From sequence record NZ_CP090684.1: a stretch of DNA of 64,000 nt; one strand, given 5' to 3'. Both the position numbers and the translations under genes were made by a program. The notes below the pieces were generated by a model. It did not search any database, was not told the origin of the DNA, and saw nothing but the letters and a program-made list of their open reading frames with translations. This document shows, in pieces, positions 1-9,211 of the stretch (positions are counted from its first letter, which is position 1; the number at the start of each line of letters is the position of its first letter). This stretch comes from a plasmid.

Positions 1-818
1 GCATCAAAGCTAGCTTCGCCCGGATCTATGCCATGCTTCAAAAGCGCCTCGCGGACCTGGACCGCGCGGGTACTGAATGTGTCGACGTGATCGCGTGAAA
101 AGCCCTTCAGCTCGAAATCGATGCCGTTCTCCGCATACACAAGTTGGTAACCAAGATGTCGCAGGGCAGCCGCGAGCTCCGCTTTGTAAATGATGTCGCC
201 GCGCGCCCGTAGCGTGTACAACAGGTCGTTGGTAAGGCTGCGCCACGAATGGCGTGCCCCATCGTAAACAGCGGATACGATCACGTTGTGGTTATGAAGC
301 TGCGGCTCGTTCTCCCGGTTAGTTTCGTGCAGCACCGTCGCATACAGCAAGTTGCCGGCCACTTCCGGCCGGTTTCTTCCCTTTTCGTCTTTCACGCGAA
401 TCAGAGAAGCATGCTTCTCAAACCATTCCATCGTCCGCGCATTCGCTGCAAGGTGCGCCGCGATCACACGGTCGTCCTTCCCAACCAATGCCGCGATCGA
501 CACGCTTTTCGGCGGCGCAATCGTGAAGTCGATACCCGCCCGGCGCTTGTCCCCCTTACTGTTGTTCGCCAGATTCTGGATCTTGCCAGTGTCCGGATGC
601 GGCATCCGCCCGCTTAGGAATTGAATGAACTCCTCTTTCGTAACTGCCTTCCCCCTGATACCGAGAAAATCGGCACCGCGTCCCTGCCAGTGAGCCGTCG
701 CTTTCTCGTTTACATAGTAGTTGTCAGCCTTCTTCCCCGCGTCTTTGTTAAAAGACTTGTCGTGATATCTCGCAGCATCGGCGACGCTACGAATCGGTTC
801 CTTCGAAATCACCCTCAC
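1..818 (-). CDS. Conjugative relaxase, MOBF family (TrwC/TraI-like), N-terminal part; gene continues past the window start
   Basis: The minus-strand frame ending at 818 is open to the window edge. Hand translation gives VRVISKEPIRSVADAARYHDKSFNKDAGKKADNYYVNEKATAHWQGRGADFLGI...GIDFTIAPPKSVS...LLYATVLHETNRENEPQLHNHNVIV...DGARHSWRSLTND. This matches the TrwC relaxase architecture: Tyr-containing N-terminus, W.G.GA..LG motif, APKSVS, and the HxTxRxxDPQLHxH histidine triad. A GTG at 816-818 overlaps the stop of the upstream gene (GTGA). Confidence 0.8.
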   Translation of the reverse strand, partial: MRVISKEPIRSVADAARYHDKSFNKDAGKKADNYYVNEKATAHWQGRGADFLGIRGKAVTKEEFIQFLSGRMPHPDTGKIQNLANNSKGDKRRAGIDFTIAPPKSVSIAALVGKDDRVIAAHLAANARTMEWFEKHASLIRVKDEKGRNRPEVAGNLLYATVLHETNRENEPQLHNHNVIVSAVYDGARHSWRSLTNDLLYTLRARGDIIYKAELAAALRHLGYQLVYAENGIDFELKGFSRDHVDTFSTRAVQVREALLKHGIDPGEASFD

Positions 819-1288
819 ACCCCACTGAAGTCGAAGAATGCTGTCGCAGTGAATCCCGTTTCCCCTGCTTGCAGCGGGATGACAAGGCGTACCGGTTCGC
901 TTTCAAGGCGGTCGCGATGTGCGTATTCTGTCGCTCGATAAAGCAGCGTGCGAACGGTGCGACTTCCTGATCGCAAGTACACGCGAATTGCTGGGTAGAG
1001 CATCGTGGGTTTGCTGCTCGCCAGTTGCAATTCGACGGTTGCTGTCTTCCCGTTATGCGCAAGCACGCGGAGATCCGATACCGTGACTGTGGTCACCTGG
1101 TGGTCCTCGGGTAGATAACGGATCGCTCGAATTTCAGCGATTTCCGCAGCTGATAGAACTCGCGTTGCGCCGTCCTGGCGCCCTATCCAATCCGCAGCGA
1201 TGCCCCACAGTTGAGAGGAAAACAACCAGCTTACGATGACGGCGCCCGCGGCTACCATCAGCAGCCATTTTCGAAATAGCGACTTCAT
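815..1288 (-). CDS. Hypothetical membrane-anchored protein (157 aa) between the coupling protein and the relaxase
   Basis: ORF with a hydrophobic N-terminus (MKSLFRKWLLMVAAGAVIVSWLF). ATGA overlap with the stop of the upstream TraD gene and GTGA overlap with the relaxase start, suggesting translational coupling in the transfer operon. Confidence 0.5.
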   Translation of the reverse strand: MKSLFRKWLLMVAAGAVIVSWLFSSQLWGIAADWIGRQDGATRVLSAAEIAEIRAIRYLPEDHQVTTVTVSDLRVLAHNGKTATVELQLASSKPTMLYPAIRVYLRSGSRTVRTLLYRATEYAHRDRLESEPVRLVIPLQAGETGFTATAFFDFSGV

Positions 1289-3315
1289 CAGAACAACCCC
1301 TCATTTTCTTGCGAGACCGGCTCTCGACCGTCGCTATGTTCATCGCCACGCCCGACGTCGGCTGTCGGAAGCATCACTTCGCCAGTGTCTAGATCGGTGA
1401 CGATCCACTTTCCCTGCGTCGTTACGGCCGCCGTCGGACTGGTTGCCGCTGCCGCTGCCGCTGCAGCAGCTTGGGCCTTCATTGCTTCCGCCTCGGCCCG
1501 GACGCTTTCTATCGCATCTTGACCATCCGCGGCGGATATCTTGAACCGCGGATCGCGTGGCGGGTCCGGCTGCCTCTCGCGGAATCGCAAGGTTCGTGGC
1601 CACGGTCGATACCATCGAGGTAGCCAGTGGCGGTAGTTCACCAATGCCGGCGGAAAGTCACCGGCAACCTGAACGTATGCCATGCAGTTTTTCAGCAACC
1701 CAATCTTCGATGGCATGACCACCCACTTTTCGCGCTCGTCCTGGCTAAGCTGCCCCCCGTCACGCCAATCGGTCACGGCGATCGCCTGTCCCGCCCTGAC
1801 TACGGCTGTCTCACTCTTCCCCAAGCGCCGCGCCATTCGCTCCTGCATGTTCGGTTCATTGAGACGGAGCGTAACAGTGGTGTTGAAGCAGTTCATTAGC
1901 GTTTCGGCGCGGTCCGCACCCATGGACGTATTGAACTGCTTGTCTGCTTGAATGCCAGCGGCGACGCAAACCCCGTACTTCCGCAACTCCGCTTGCCGGG
2001 CGTCCAGCTTGATGTCACCAAGGACATGCGTTTCATCAAGAAAAAACCAATAGCGGTCCTCGTGACGAATTTCCCGGCGCGCGGCAATCGTCTGAAATGC
2101 CATCGTGATCAAGAGGCGAAATAGCGGTGCGAACATCGCATACGTGTCCTCGGTGCCGATGAGGAAAAGTCGCGTGTCGTCGTCCTTTTCGTAGAACTCG
2201 CGGAGCGTCCAAGTGCCGTCCTGAACCGCGGCGATTCCGTTCAAGTAGATGGCGATTGAACTGATCACCCCTTGACGCTGCCCCTTGGAGTCGCCGCCGA
2301 CTGCCGAGCTCGCAACAGAATTCTTGATCAAGAGCTCAAGCTCGTCCTCCGGCATGGAAAGGATGGCCTCGGAAATCAGGCGGGTATAGACCGCCCCGCG
2401 TTGACGCAAGCGTAAGGCCATCACCGAAAATAGCACTCGCGCTGCGTCCTCAAAGAATGCGCTCGCACCATGCACGACCCCCGCCTTAGGCGGCAAGAAT
2501 GCGTGTGCAAGCGTGTCCGAATCGTAGGTGTTCTCCATCTCCATGAACATCGACCAAGGGACCGAGCCAAGCAGGGCGGGATTAAAGAACAGGTCTTTTC
2601 CGGGACGGTAGTACGCTCGAAAGTATTCGCCGGCATGATCGTAAATTACCGACTTTCGGCCGCGCGCGAACACCTGGCCCATAAGATCGTGAATACCCAA
2701 CGATTTGCCTGTTCCTTGCGCCCCGACAAACATAATGCCCTGCATCGGCGCAGATCGAGGAAGGGCCACGTCAAGGACGGTATACGGCCCCGCCTCCTCG
2801 CGGCGTACAGCTTTCGACAGCTCTTCAGCCGAGACGACGTCCAACGCTCCGTCGACGCGCTTGTTCTCACGAGCCCGCCGACCGAGCCGCGCAAGGGACC
2901 GCCAAACCGCGTAATAGCCGGCCGCACCAAGTCCGACGCTGACCCACGCGACATATCGGAATGCCGTGACTGGCCGAGCAAGGTCGGGTACAACGTTCCT
3001 AAACTGAGGGGGAGTTAACCACTGGGCGAGCTCGCCGTCGGATTTGACGACGGTGAGGATCTTTTTCTCCCCAACACCATCGCGAATCCGCCAGCGTCGC
3101 GGTACCTCCTGATCGACGACGTGGGACAAGATATTGGCCTTAACGAGGTCGACATCATGAGCAGTAAGCGTGTTCATCCACCAGACGCTCGGCAGAACCA
3201 TCGCCGGCAACGCCCCGACAAAAAATGCCATCGAGGCAGCATGGACAGTCAGCTTGACCCGAGTCATGAAAAGCGCGCGTCCCGCGCCGGCATCGGAGAT
3301 TACCTTTTCGGTCAT
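1288..3315 (-). CDS. traD: Type IV coupling protein (TraD/TrwB/VirD4 family ATPase)
   Basis: 675 aa. N-terminal TM segments, Walker A (GAQGTGKS) and Walker B (WFFLDETH). Ala-rich C-terminal tail. GGAGG RBS 5 nt upstream of the ATG at 3315. Lies next to the relaxase. Confidence 0.85.
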   Translation of the reverse strand: MTEKVISDAGAGRALFMTRVKLTVHAASMAFFVGALPAMVLPSVWWMNTLTAHDVDLVKANILSHVVDQEVPRRWRIRDGVGEKKILTVVKSDGELAQWLTPPQFRNVVPDLARPVTAFRYVAWVSVGLGAAGYYAVWRSLARLGRRARENKRVDGALDVVSAEELSKAVRREEAGPYTVLDVALPRSAPMQGIMFVGAQGTGKSLGIHDLMGQVFARGRKSVIYDHAGEYFRAYYRPGKDLFFNPALLGSVPWSMFMEMENTYDSDTLAHAFLPPKAGVVHGASAFFEDAARVLFSVMALRLRQRGAVYTRLISEAILSMPEDELELLIKNSVASSAVGGDSKGQRQGVISSIAIYLNGIAAVQDGTWTLREFYEKDDDTRLFLIGTEDTYAMFAPLFRLLITMAFQTIAARREIRHEDRYWFFLDETHVLGDIKLDARQAELRKYGVCVAAGIQADKQFNTSMGADRAETLMNCFNTTVTLRLNEPNMQERMARRLGKSETAVVRAGQAIAVTDWRDGGQLSQDEREKWVVMPSKIGLLKNCMAYVQVAGDFPPALVNYRHWLPRWYRPWPRTLRFRERQPDPPRDPRFKISAADGQDAIESVRAEAEAMKAQAAAAAAAAATSPTAAVTTQGKWIVTDLDTGEVMLPTADVGRGDEHSDGREPVSQENEGLF

Positions 3316-3662
3316 GCCGCCTCCGCTATGACCTGAACGCCGCAGTCGTCAACGCGGACAAGTTGAAAATCGAGTACTTCCGTCGGCAACAGCATGGCCA
3401 GCTCCTCAGACCGCGCACCGAAATTGTCGCGCCATCTCCTATCAGGCATTCTCAGAAAATCGGCCGCTCGGATAGCTCCGTCACGTCCCACAAAAATCAT
3501 GTCGATCGCAGTAACGGTTGGCCCCCCCGCGAGTTGGTATTCGAACTGAAACGCACACTCGCTACGGGACGGACTCACGTAGGTCGAACACGTGACGCGG
3601 TATTTGCCTGGCCGCAAATGCACCGGCTCGTTTATAGAGGCAAACTTAATCGGCAGCAGCAT
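3312..3662 (-). CDS. Hypothetical protein (116 aa)
   Basis: ORF that overlaps the traD start by 4 nt. No recognisable motif. Confidence 0.4.
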   Translation of the reverse strand: MLLPIKFASINEPVHLRPGKYRVTCSTYVSPSRSECAFQFEYQLAGGPTVTAIDMIFVGRDGAIRAADFLRMPDRRWRDNFGARSEELAMLLPTEVLDFQLVRVDDCGVQVIAEAA

Positions 3663-4107
3663 CGGGGCCCCCTACCCTGAAGACACCTTCATCAAACGCG
3701 CGACTGATCCGCTCGCCTTCCCTCACCGAAGCGGTGATATGGCCTTTCACCTGTTCCCTCATTGGCGCCGGTATAGACGTCGCCATACCGGGTGGAATTG
3801 AAGCCGCGGCAACGGCCCCGGCCGAGAGGGCTGCCGTCTTTACCAACAGCGTATGCAGCTCCGCGTACTGGCCCCGGAGGGCCTCAAGTTGATCCAGCAA
3901 CACTTCATGCCGTCTGTCGTAGTTCGCTAAAGCGTCACGATGAAGAAGCTTCGCGTACGCGTTAGGGGTTAGCTTTCTCTTCCTGGCCTCTTCCTCCAGC
4001 ATCTCGAATTCCTTCCAGTCCACGCGGAAGTGGACAGATTTCAGAGTCACGGTTTGGTCTCTCCGCAAAAACTTGGTTTTGATATCGGGTGGTGCAATCT
4101 GCACCAC
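3646..4107 (-). CDS. Relaxosome accessory protein, MobC/TrwA-like (ribbon-helix-helix)
   Basis: 153 aa. The segment HFRVDWKEFEMLEEEARKRKLTPNAYAKLL resembles the MobC-family RHH region. It is the first gene of the transfer operon, reading away from the putative oriT gap. The start appears to be GTG. Confidence 0.55.
   Translation of the reverse strand: MVQIAPPDIKTKFLRRDQTVTLKSVHFRVDWKEFEMLEEEARKRKLTPNAYAKLLHRDALANYDRRHEVLLDQLEALRGQYAELHTLLVKTAALSAGAVAAASIPPGMATSIPAPMREQVKGHITASVREGERISRAFDEGVFRVGGPDAAAD
4089..4107. repeat. Inverted repeat GTGGTGCA-atc-TGCACCAC at the edge of the candidate oriT/promoter gap
   Basis: Perfect 8-bp arms with a 3-nt spacer, overlapping the mobC-like start codon. 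Followed by an AT-rich stretch (4110-4200). The GGTGGTGC core recurs in the 23.7-24.2 kb iterons. Confidence 0.35.
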
Positions 4108-4428
4108 TTACTAACCCAATGATTCTGTTGCTGATTCTAGACAGAAATTTACATCAGTGGAAGTAGTGATTATAATTGTGGTGCGCAAAAAAGCGCGATA
4201 AATCATCTGCTTGCGATGGTTTTGACGTCTGCACGGTACGTGCGTCATGTCTGTGCTTTTGTGGAGGGGCGGCTTTGACTTTCCCGCGATCGGATAGATG
4301 GCGGACAACGGCATGCGCCACGACAACAGGACGATGCCGGGAATTGCTTTTGAGGCGTGAGAAAGCGGGGATTCTCGGGCGCACGCAGCCGGCATCGTCC
4401 GGTCCATCATCACTATTCGAGGAGTCCA

Positions 4429-4743
4429 ATGAACCAGGAAAAATCAGGAACTCACAAGCCGCGCGGCCGCCGACCGGCAGCGTCTCTTGAGGAGAGGATC
4501 GCCGAGGCCGAAAGGCTCGTGGCGAGTCTGAAAGAGCAGAAGAAGCTTGAAGAGCGTCAGAACTTGGAGAGGAACCGTAAGGCGATTCTCGACCTGTTCA
4601 AAAGCGAAGGCGTCGATACGATTCCGATCGAAAAGTGGAAGGCGGCGATGCCGGAGCTGAAGACGGTCCTCGGCGTTGGTCGCGGTGCGACCGACGTCGG
4701 GAGCGGTGTAAGCGAAGCCAAAGGCGCGGAACAGGCGGCATAG
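4429..4743 (+). CDS. Hypothetical basic coiled-coil protein (104 aa), divergent from the transfer operon across the oriT gap
   Basis: ATG at 4429 with an upstream GAGGAG RBS. The product is basic at the N-terminus (KPRGRRP) with a heptad-like central region. Possibly an oriT-binding accessory protein; there is no H-NS C-terminal motif. Confidence 0.45.
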   Translation: MNQEKSGTHKPRGRRPAASLEERIAEAERLVASLKEQKKLEERQNLERNRKAILDLFKSEGVDTIPIEKWKAAMPELKTVLGVGRGATDVGSGVSEAKGAEQAA

Positions 4744-5408
4744 CGTTTTCCACAAATCCACGGCAGCGAACGGACGGCAGCGATTCGTTTGGATCGCAAG
4801 AGCCGTCCGCCGCGCGAGATATCCACAACGTCGTTTGTTGTGGGTATCTCATTCGGCGCGGGCTGCGGTGGGGCTTGTTGGGAAACGCGCTGCACTGGGC
4901 CACGGGCGGCTGCGGTGCGACCGGCGGTCGAAAGCGATCGCGGCGCGGATGCGCCGCGAGAGCGCCGGCCGACGTCGTCAATCCGACGTCAGGGAGTGTA
5001 GGCGGCGCAGCCGTCGAAACTCACTCAAAAATCACCTTATCCCGATCGGAGACGAGCGGGATCTGGATAGCAGCTTCCGACAACCGCGCTGTCCCCGAGA
5101 ATCGTTGATTTTTCGTGATCGGTACTCTCGCGAAAGGCTGGGGCTTCTCGCGAGCGGGTCACAGGGTGACCGGCTCGCGACGGCGCGAGCATGTGCATTG
5201 CGCAGCAATGCAATGCGGAGCGGATACCCGTACGGTAGATCTGACGAGTGGCGCGCTAGCGCCAGGAGACGGATCGGACGATTCAATTTGGAGCAAGGAA
5301 TTGCGCCAAATCTGGATAGCAGCGCTAGGGGCCCGAAACTGCCCACCCTAGCTCGCCGAGGTGCGACTTTCGCAGGCGAAAGTCGAGATTTCAATTCGGT
5401 GCGCCCTG

Positions 5409-5519
5409 CTACCCGCAAGCCTTCGATTCGAAGCATTCGCAACGCACGGCGAGCCGTCCATCGTCAAATTTCTTCACTTCGGCGGGCGTCGGCGCGCCGG
5501 GTGTTTCTACCTTGGTCAT
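5409..5519 (-). CDS. Small Cys-containing peptide (36 aa)
   Basis: ATG at 5519 with a GGAG RBS 8 nt upstream. Sequence MTKVETPGAPTPAEVKKFDDGRLAVRCECFESKACG. Confidence 0.3.
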   Translation of the reverse strand: MTKVETPGAPTPAEVKKFDDGRLAVRCECFESKACG

Positions 5520-5568
5520 AGTAACTCCGGGCTGTTGTGGCCCGCCGCAGCGGGCCGGATTGGCACAC

Positions 5569-5850
5569 TCAGCCGTGCACCGGGCAGGGGTTGCCGCTAT
5601 CGTTCTGGCAGTCGGGGCACTGCGAAACCGCGTCGCATTCTTCGGCCATCTGCTGCCCCCACTCCCACTCGGCGACCAGTTCCGGCACGTCCGCAAACAT
5701 CGTCGGCACGCTGTAGACCCCTGCCTGATAGTCGTAATACCCCTCGGCCTGCGCGTCGTACAGCGAGGCGATCACCAAATCCGATTGAGGGTCGACAATC
5801 GCTTTGATCTTTGCAAGCGCGTAGTTCACTCGAACATCCAAGCCACGCAT
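5569..5850 (-). CDS. Hypothetical protein (93 aa), acidic with a C-terminal CPDC..C motif
   Basis: ATG at 5850 preceded by an AGGAGA RBS. The GTG at 5868 is an alternative start. Confidence 0.45.
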   Translation of the reverse strand: MRGLDVRVNYALAKIKAIVDPQSDLVIASLYDAQAEGYYDYQAGVYSVPTMFADVPELVAEWEWGQQMAEECDAVSQCPDCQNDSGNPCPVHG

Positions 5851-5931
5851 TTTTATCTCCTGTATCACGTGTGGGTTCCGTCTCTTAAGTGATCGATAGC
5901 CCGGGCTGACCGGGGCGAACCTTCCGGGGCG

Positions 5932-6132
5932 TTACAGTGGCATCGGCGACCAAGCGCCGGGGGCGTGGCGGTACAGCGTGACGCGCTTGCGCTGGCCGTT
6001 CACCACCGTCTCCACGCGGACCGCGCGAACATCGTCTTCCTCGCGGCGCCACCGGTGCAGTACACGGATTTCCGCGTTCAGGTCACAGCCCAGAAAGAAA
6101 GCGGCGATGCGGCGAAGAAGATTCGATTTCAT
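5932..6132 (-). CDS. Small basic protein (66 aa), copy 1 of a duplicated gene
   Basis: GGAG RBS 7 nt upstream. The protein is identical to the product of 8738..8938. Confidence 0.5.
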   Translation of the reverse strand: MKSNLLRRIAAFFLGCDLNAEIRVLHRWRREEDDVRAVRVETVVNGQRKRVTLYRHAPGAWSPMPL

Positions 6133-6232
6133 GGTTGCTCCGTGCGGTTTAAGGGTTTCAGGCTGACCGGGACCCTAGATTCCGAGTCCCTTCGTAGGGT
6201 TTGTTTTAGCCCGACCGGCAGCTGCTTCTGTG

Positions 6233-6405
6233 CTGCCGCCAGTCCCCTGAGTTCGTCGTCCCGGCGACAAAGGAGCCCGTAGCCGCGCCCGGACAAGGGC
6301 GTGCCCGGAGGCCGCATGCGGAGCGCAGCCGCAGGCGAGCACCGAACGGGCGAGGACACGGCGAAGCGAACCCTTGGCCGGGCGCGGCGAAGGGCTACTG
6401 TCGCG
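6233..6405 (+). promoter_or_regulatory. Frpo/ssi-like structured element, copy A; candidate single-stranded-DNA promoter
   Basis: Conserved block ctgccgcc...cccctgagttcgtcgtccc.gcgac. Hairpin arms gcgcccggacaaggg (6285-6299) and cccttggccgggcgc (6371-6385). -35-like TTGGCC at 6374-6379, a 16-nt spacer, then -10-like TACTGT at 6396-6401, followed by gtcgcg. The promoter points away from the downstream minus-strand gene. Confidence 0.5.
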
Positions 6406-6655
6406 AAAAGGGACGGCGGACTCAGGGGACTGGCGACGGCGTGTCCGCGCGAGAGGGCAAAAACGCCGCGCGGCGAGCGCCCTTCATGCGGCCGCAGGCC
6501 GCATCACTTCAGGGGTGAATGTCCGAAAGGGCCGAAGGCCCTTTTCGGCTCCCGCGCAAGCGGGCATATCGCTAATCATGCCGCTTGGCGGCACTAGATG
6601 GCGGCGCTGCTTCGTCTACAGCGAAGCGAAGAAAAAGGCCCTTTCGGGCCTTACG

Positions 6656-6847
6656 TCAGAAACCGGTCTGCTCCCAATGCGCGCGTATTAGAAGGTACTC
6701 CCGCAGCCCGGTGCAACGTCCGTCAACGATGCCTCCACGGCGCACTCTCACCCACCCGTGTCCCATGATCGAAAGCAGCCCTCCGGTGCACTGGTGGATG
6801 GCGACAATGCAGAGTTCGACGGTATTTGCGCTGTCCGCTGTCTTCAT
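6656..6847 (-). CDS. Hypothetical small protein (64 aa)
   Basis: ORF directly downstream of 6844..7113. It ends where repeat copy A begins. Confidence 0.3.
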   Translation of the reverse strand: MKTADSANTVELCIVAIHQCTGGLLSIMGHGWVRVRRGGIVDGRCTGLREYLLIRAHWEQTGF

Positions 6848-7113
6848 ACCTCGGTGCCTCCGATCCACTCCTTACCGATAAAGACATCTGCGCCGAAGGC
6901 GTCGATCACACACTCGCACGCACGCGGACTGCCGAGCAGACCGACAAGCCGCTCTATCGTCCACGCACCGTCTGCGGGCACTTCGAGCAATACTGAGCCT
7001 CCGAGGTCGCGGAGAATTAGCGGCGGGACCGCATCCGTGCTTTCGGCGCTCACGGTCAGCAGACTGTCCTTGGCGGGAACGATTTTTACACCGCAGCGAG
7101 TCGGATAAATCAC
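6844..7113 (-). CDS. Hypothetical protein (89 aa)
   Basis: ORF in a co-oriented minus-strand operon. Confidence 0.4.
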   Translation of the reverse strand: MIYPTRCGVKIVPAKDSLLTVSAESTDAVPPLILRDLGGSVLLEVPADGAWTIERLVGLLGSPRACECVIDAFGADVFIGKEWIGGTEV

Positions 7114-7122
7114 CTGATTCTC

Positions 7123-7305
7123 CTAGTAACCTAGCCAGTCGAGCACTTCCTTACCCTCATACTCCGGGCGATCGCCAACCTCGGCGAGAAAGGCAGAAAA
7201 GCCGCCTTCGACATCGTGGCGTCCAATTTCGGCCTCGGCTTCAGCACGCGTTACTGTCATATCGCATGCGTCTTCGTAGGTGTATGCGGTCATTCCAATC
7301 TCCAT
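7123..7305 (-). CDS. Hypothetical acidic protein (about 60-85 aa)
   Basis: ORF 7123..7380. The internal ATG at 7305 avoids overlap with the upstream gene. Confidence 0.35.
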   Translation of the reverse strand: MEIGMTAYTYEDACDMTVTRAEAEAEIGRHDVEGGFSAFLAEVGDRPEYEGKEVLDWLGY

Positions 7306-7868
7306 CAGTAAAGCTGCTGGGTCGTTCGCCTGATCCAGTTCCTCGCGACAGCTCCATATGCGTTCAGAGCGAGTCGCCATGCAGGCGCATTCAGGGCGAA
7401 CAGCAGATAGCGGTGCGCAGTCGGGTCGATGCCTCCAGTACGTCCGATATTCATAAGCGCGTGCGCAGCGACGAGCGGCGGAACGTCGCTTTCAGCATAT
7501 TCGGCGTCGAACTGCTCCTGTGTCATCCACTGTGTTACGACGCGTCCACGTTCGACCGCAAGTACCTGCGTCGTGGCGCGCGTCTGGTGGCTGTAGCCGA
7601 AGGACAAGCGGATCGCCGGGTTCTCGTTAGCGTCCAGGTACACCGAGCTGCGCGTAGTCGGACGCGCCGGGTCGGTTCCGGTGAGCTGGCATTCGGGCGC
7701 GTCCGGTTCACGGTTGAAGGGCTCAACGGTTGGAATGATATGCGCCTTTGTCCGGACACGGTTACCCGTTTCGGCGTGTGCATAGTGGACGAATTCCAGC
7801 GTATAGGAACGTCCGGCGCGGTCGATGTCGGCGTAGTGCTCGCGGGTGATGGTGCATGGAATTTGCAT
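7305..7868 (-). CDS. Hypothetical protein (187 aa)
   Basis: ORF. No recognisable motif. Confidence 0.45.
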   Translation of the reverse strand: MQIPCTITREHYADIDRAGRSYTLEFVHYAHAETGNRVRTKAHIIPTVEPFNREPDAPECQLTGTDPARPTTRSSVYLDANENPAIRLSFGYSHQTRATTQVLAVERGRVVTQWMTQEQFDAEYAESDVPPLVAAHALMNIGRTGGIDPTAHRYLLFALNAPAWRLALNAYGAVARNWIRRTTQQLY

Positions 7869-7877
7869 GATGGTCTC

Positions 7878-8078
7878 TCAATTCTCGCGGGCGTCGAGCG
7901 CGCCCTGCAGCGCGACGGCCTGGAATGCGTTCAGGCCGGCGGCGTCGATGAACGTTTCGCGGTTGAAAATCATCACCGCGTAAACGTTGGCAAGCTCGCG
8001 CGCCTCGGCGCAAAGCGTGGGGCATTCGTTCGTGCCTTCCGGGGCCGGTGACGTGCGCGCCAGATATTGATTGCGCAC
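7878..8078 (-). CDS. Hypothetical protein (66 aa)
   Basis: ORF in the operon. Confidence 0.35.
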   Translation of the reverse strand: MRNQYLARTSPAPEGTNECPTLCAEARELANVYAVMIFNRETFIDAAGLNAFQAVALQGALDAREN

Positions 8079-8161
8079 TCGATCTGCTCAATAGTGGTTA
8101 GCGACATGGCTCAGCCCCTTTCTTCCGAATTTTTGATATCCAGTGGTTTCACGTCGCGCCT

Positions 8162-8671
8162 TCAAAATCCGATCTGGCTCCAGTGAGTCACCATCTGCTT
8201 GTATTCACCGCGCTTCGCCCGAAGCCAACGAAGCATTCGCGCGACTGCGGCTCGCCTCCGCGCGACTTGTCGGAGCGCATGCGGACCGCCGCAACAGAGA
8301 TCCTCCTCTTCATCGCGTTGACTGGTTGCCTCATTAAGATAGCCTGCTGCGATCGCTCGAAGCGCCGCGTTTCCCCGTGCATGAATCGCAACCAAGTCGA
8401 ACTCTTTCCAAGGATCCTCCACCTGAAAGGCACGGGCGTACTCCGCTAGGAGCGCCCCGACGAAACTCCACTTACCTCTACGCAAGTACTTGCAAGCCAA
8501 GTCGTATGCAGACGGTCGATGGCTGGCTATGCCAATCGCTTGCTCGAGCTCGAGGTACAGCATGTGCAATCCAGGATATTGAAATCGATCTGGAACGGCC
8601 CTTTTCCTGCCATACGGTTTGAACTGGAAGCTGAGGGCATCCACCGCGTCGTGGTTCTCGATATGCGTCAT
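8162..8671 (-). CDS. Hypothetical protein (169 aa)
   Basis: ORF. First large gene after the duplicated 66-aa gene, copy 2. Confidence 0.45.
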   Translation of the reverse strand: MTHIENHDAVDALSFQFKPYGRKRAVPDRFQYPGLHMLYLELEQAIGIASHRPSAYDLACKYLRRGKWSFVGALLAEYARAFQVEDPWKEFDLVAIHARGNAALRAIAAGYLNEATSQRDEEEDLCCGGPHALRQVARRRAAVARMLRWLRAKRGEYKQMVTHWSQIGF

Positions 8672-8737
8672 GGGCGACTCCTATTCATCGTTAGGTTGGA
8701 CGGCCCCGATCGCTCAGGGCACGCTTCGAGTTACCTT

Positions 8738-8938
8738 TTAGAGTGGCATCGGCGACCAAGCGCCGGGGGCGTGGCGGTACAGCGTGACGCGCTTGCGCTG
8801 GCCGTTCACCACCGTCTCCACGCGGACCGCGCGAACATCGTCTTCCTCGCGGCGCCACCGGTGCAGTACACGGATTTCCGCGTTCAGGTCACAGCCCAGA
8901 AAGAAAGCGGCGATGCGGCGAAGAAGATTCGATTTCAT
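8738..8938 (-). CDS. Small basic protein (66 aa), copy 2 of the duplicated gene
   Basis: Identical protein to 5932..6132. Sits inside a near-identical block of about 560 bp (8733-9290 versus 5925-6480). Confidence 0.5.
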   Translation of the reverse strand: MKSNLLRRIAAFFLGCDLNAEIRVLHRWRREEDDVRAVRVETVVNGQRKRVTLYRHAPGAWSPMPL

Positions 8939-9038
8939 GGTTGCTCCGTGCGGTTTAAGGGTTTCAGGCTGACCGGGACCCTAGATTCCGAGTCCCCTCG
9001 TAGGGTTTGTTTCTGCCCGACCGGCAGCTGCTTCTGTG

Positions 9039-9211
9039 CTGCCGCCAGTCCCCTGAGTTCGTCGTCCCGGCGACAAAGGAGCCCGTAGCCGCGGCCGGAC
9101 AAGGGCGTGCCCGGAGGCCGCATGCGGAGCGCAGCCGCAGGCGAGCACCGAACGGGCGAGGACACGGCGAAGCGAACCCTTGGCCGGGCGCGGCGAAGGG
9201 CTACTGTCGCG
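9039..9211 (+). promoter_or_regulatory. Frpo/ssi-like structured element, copy B
   Basis: Near-identical to copy A. -35-like TTGGCC at 9180-9185, a 16-nt spacer, then TACTGT at 9202-9207. Confidence 0.5.

Noticed and set aside
4744-5408. Several ORFs of 100-230 aa on both strands in the 650-bp gap (for example 4835..5521, 5032..5442)
   Set aside because: They are Arg/Ser-rich with no RBS or motifs. The region is more plausibly a non-coding convergent-terminator region containing several short palindromes (tgcattgc-gca-gcaatgca; cgactttcgc-agg-cgaaagtcg).
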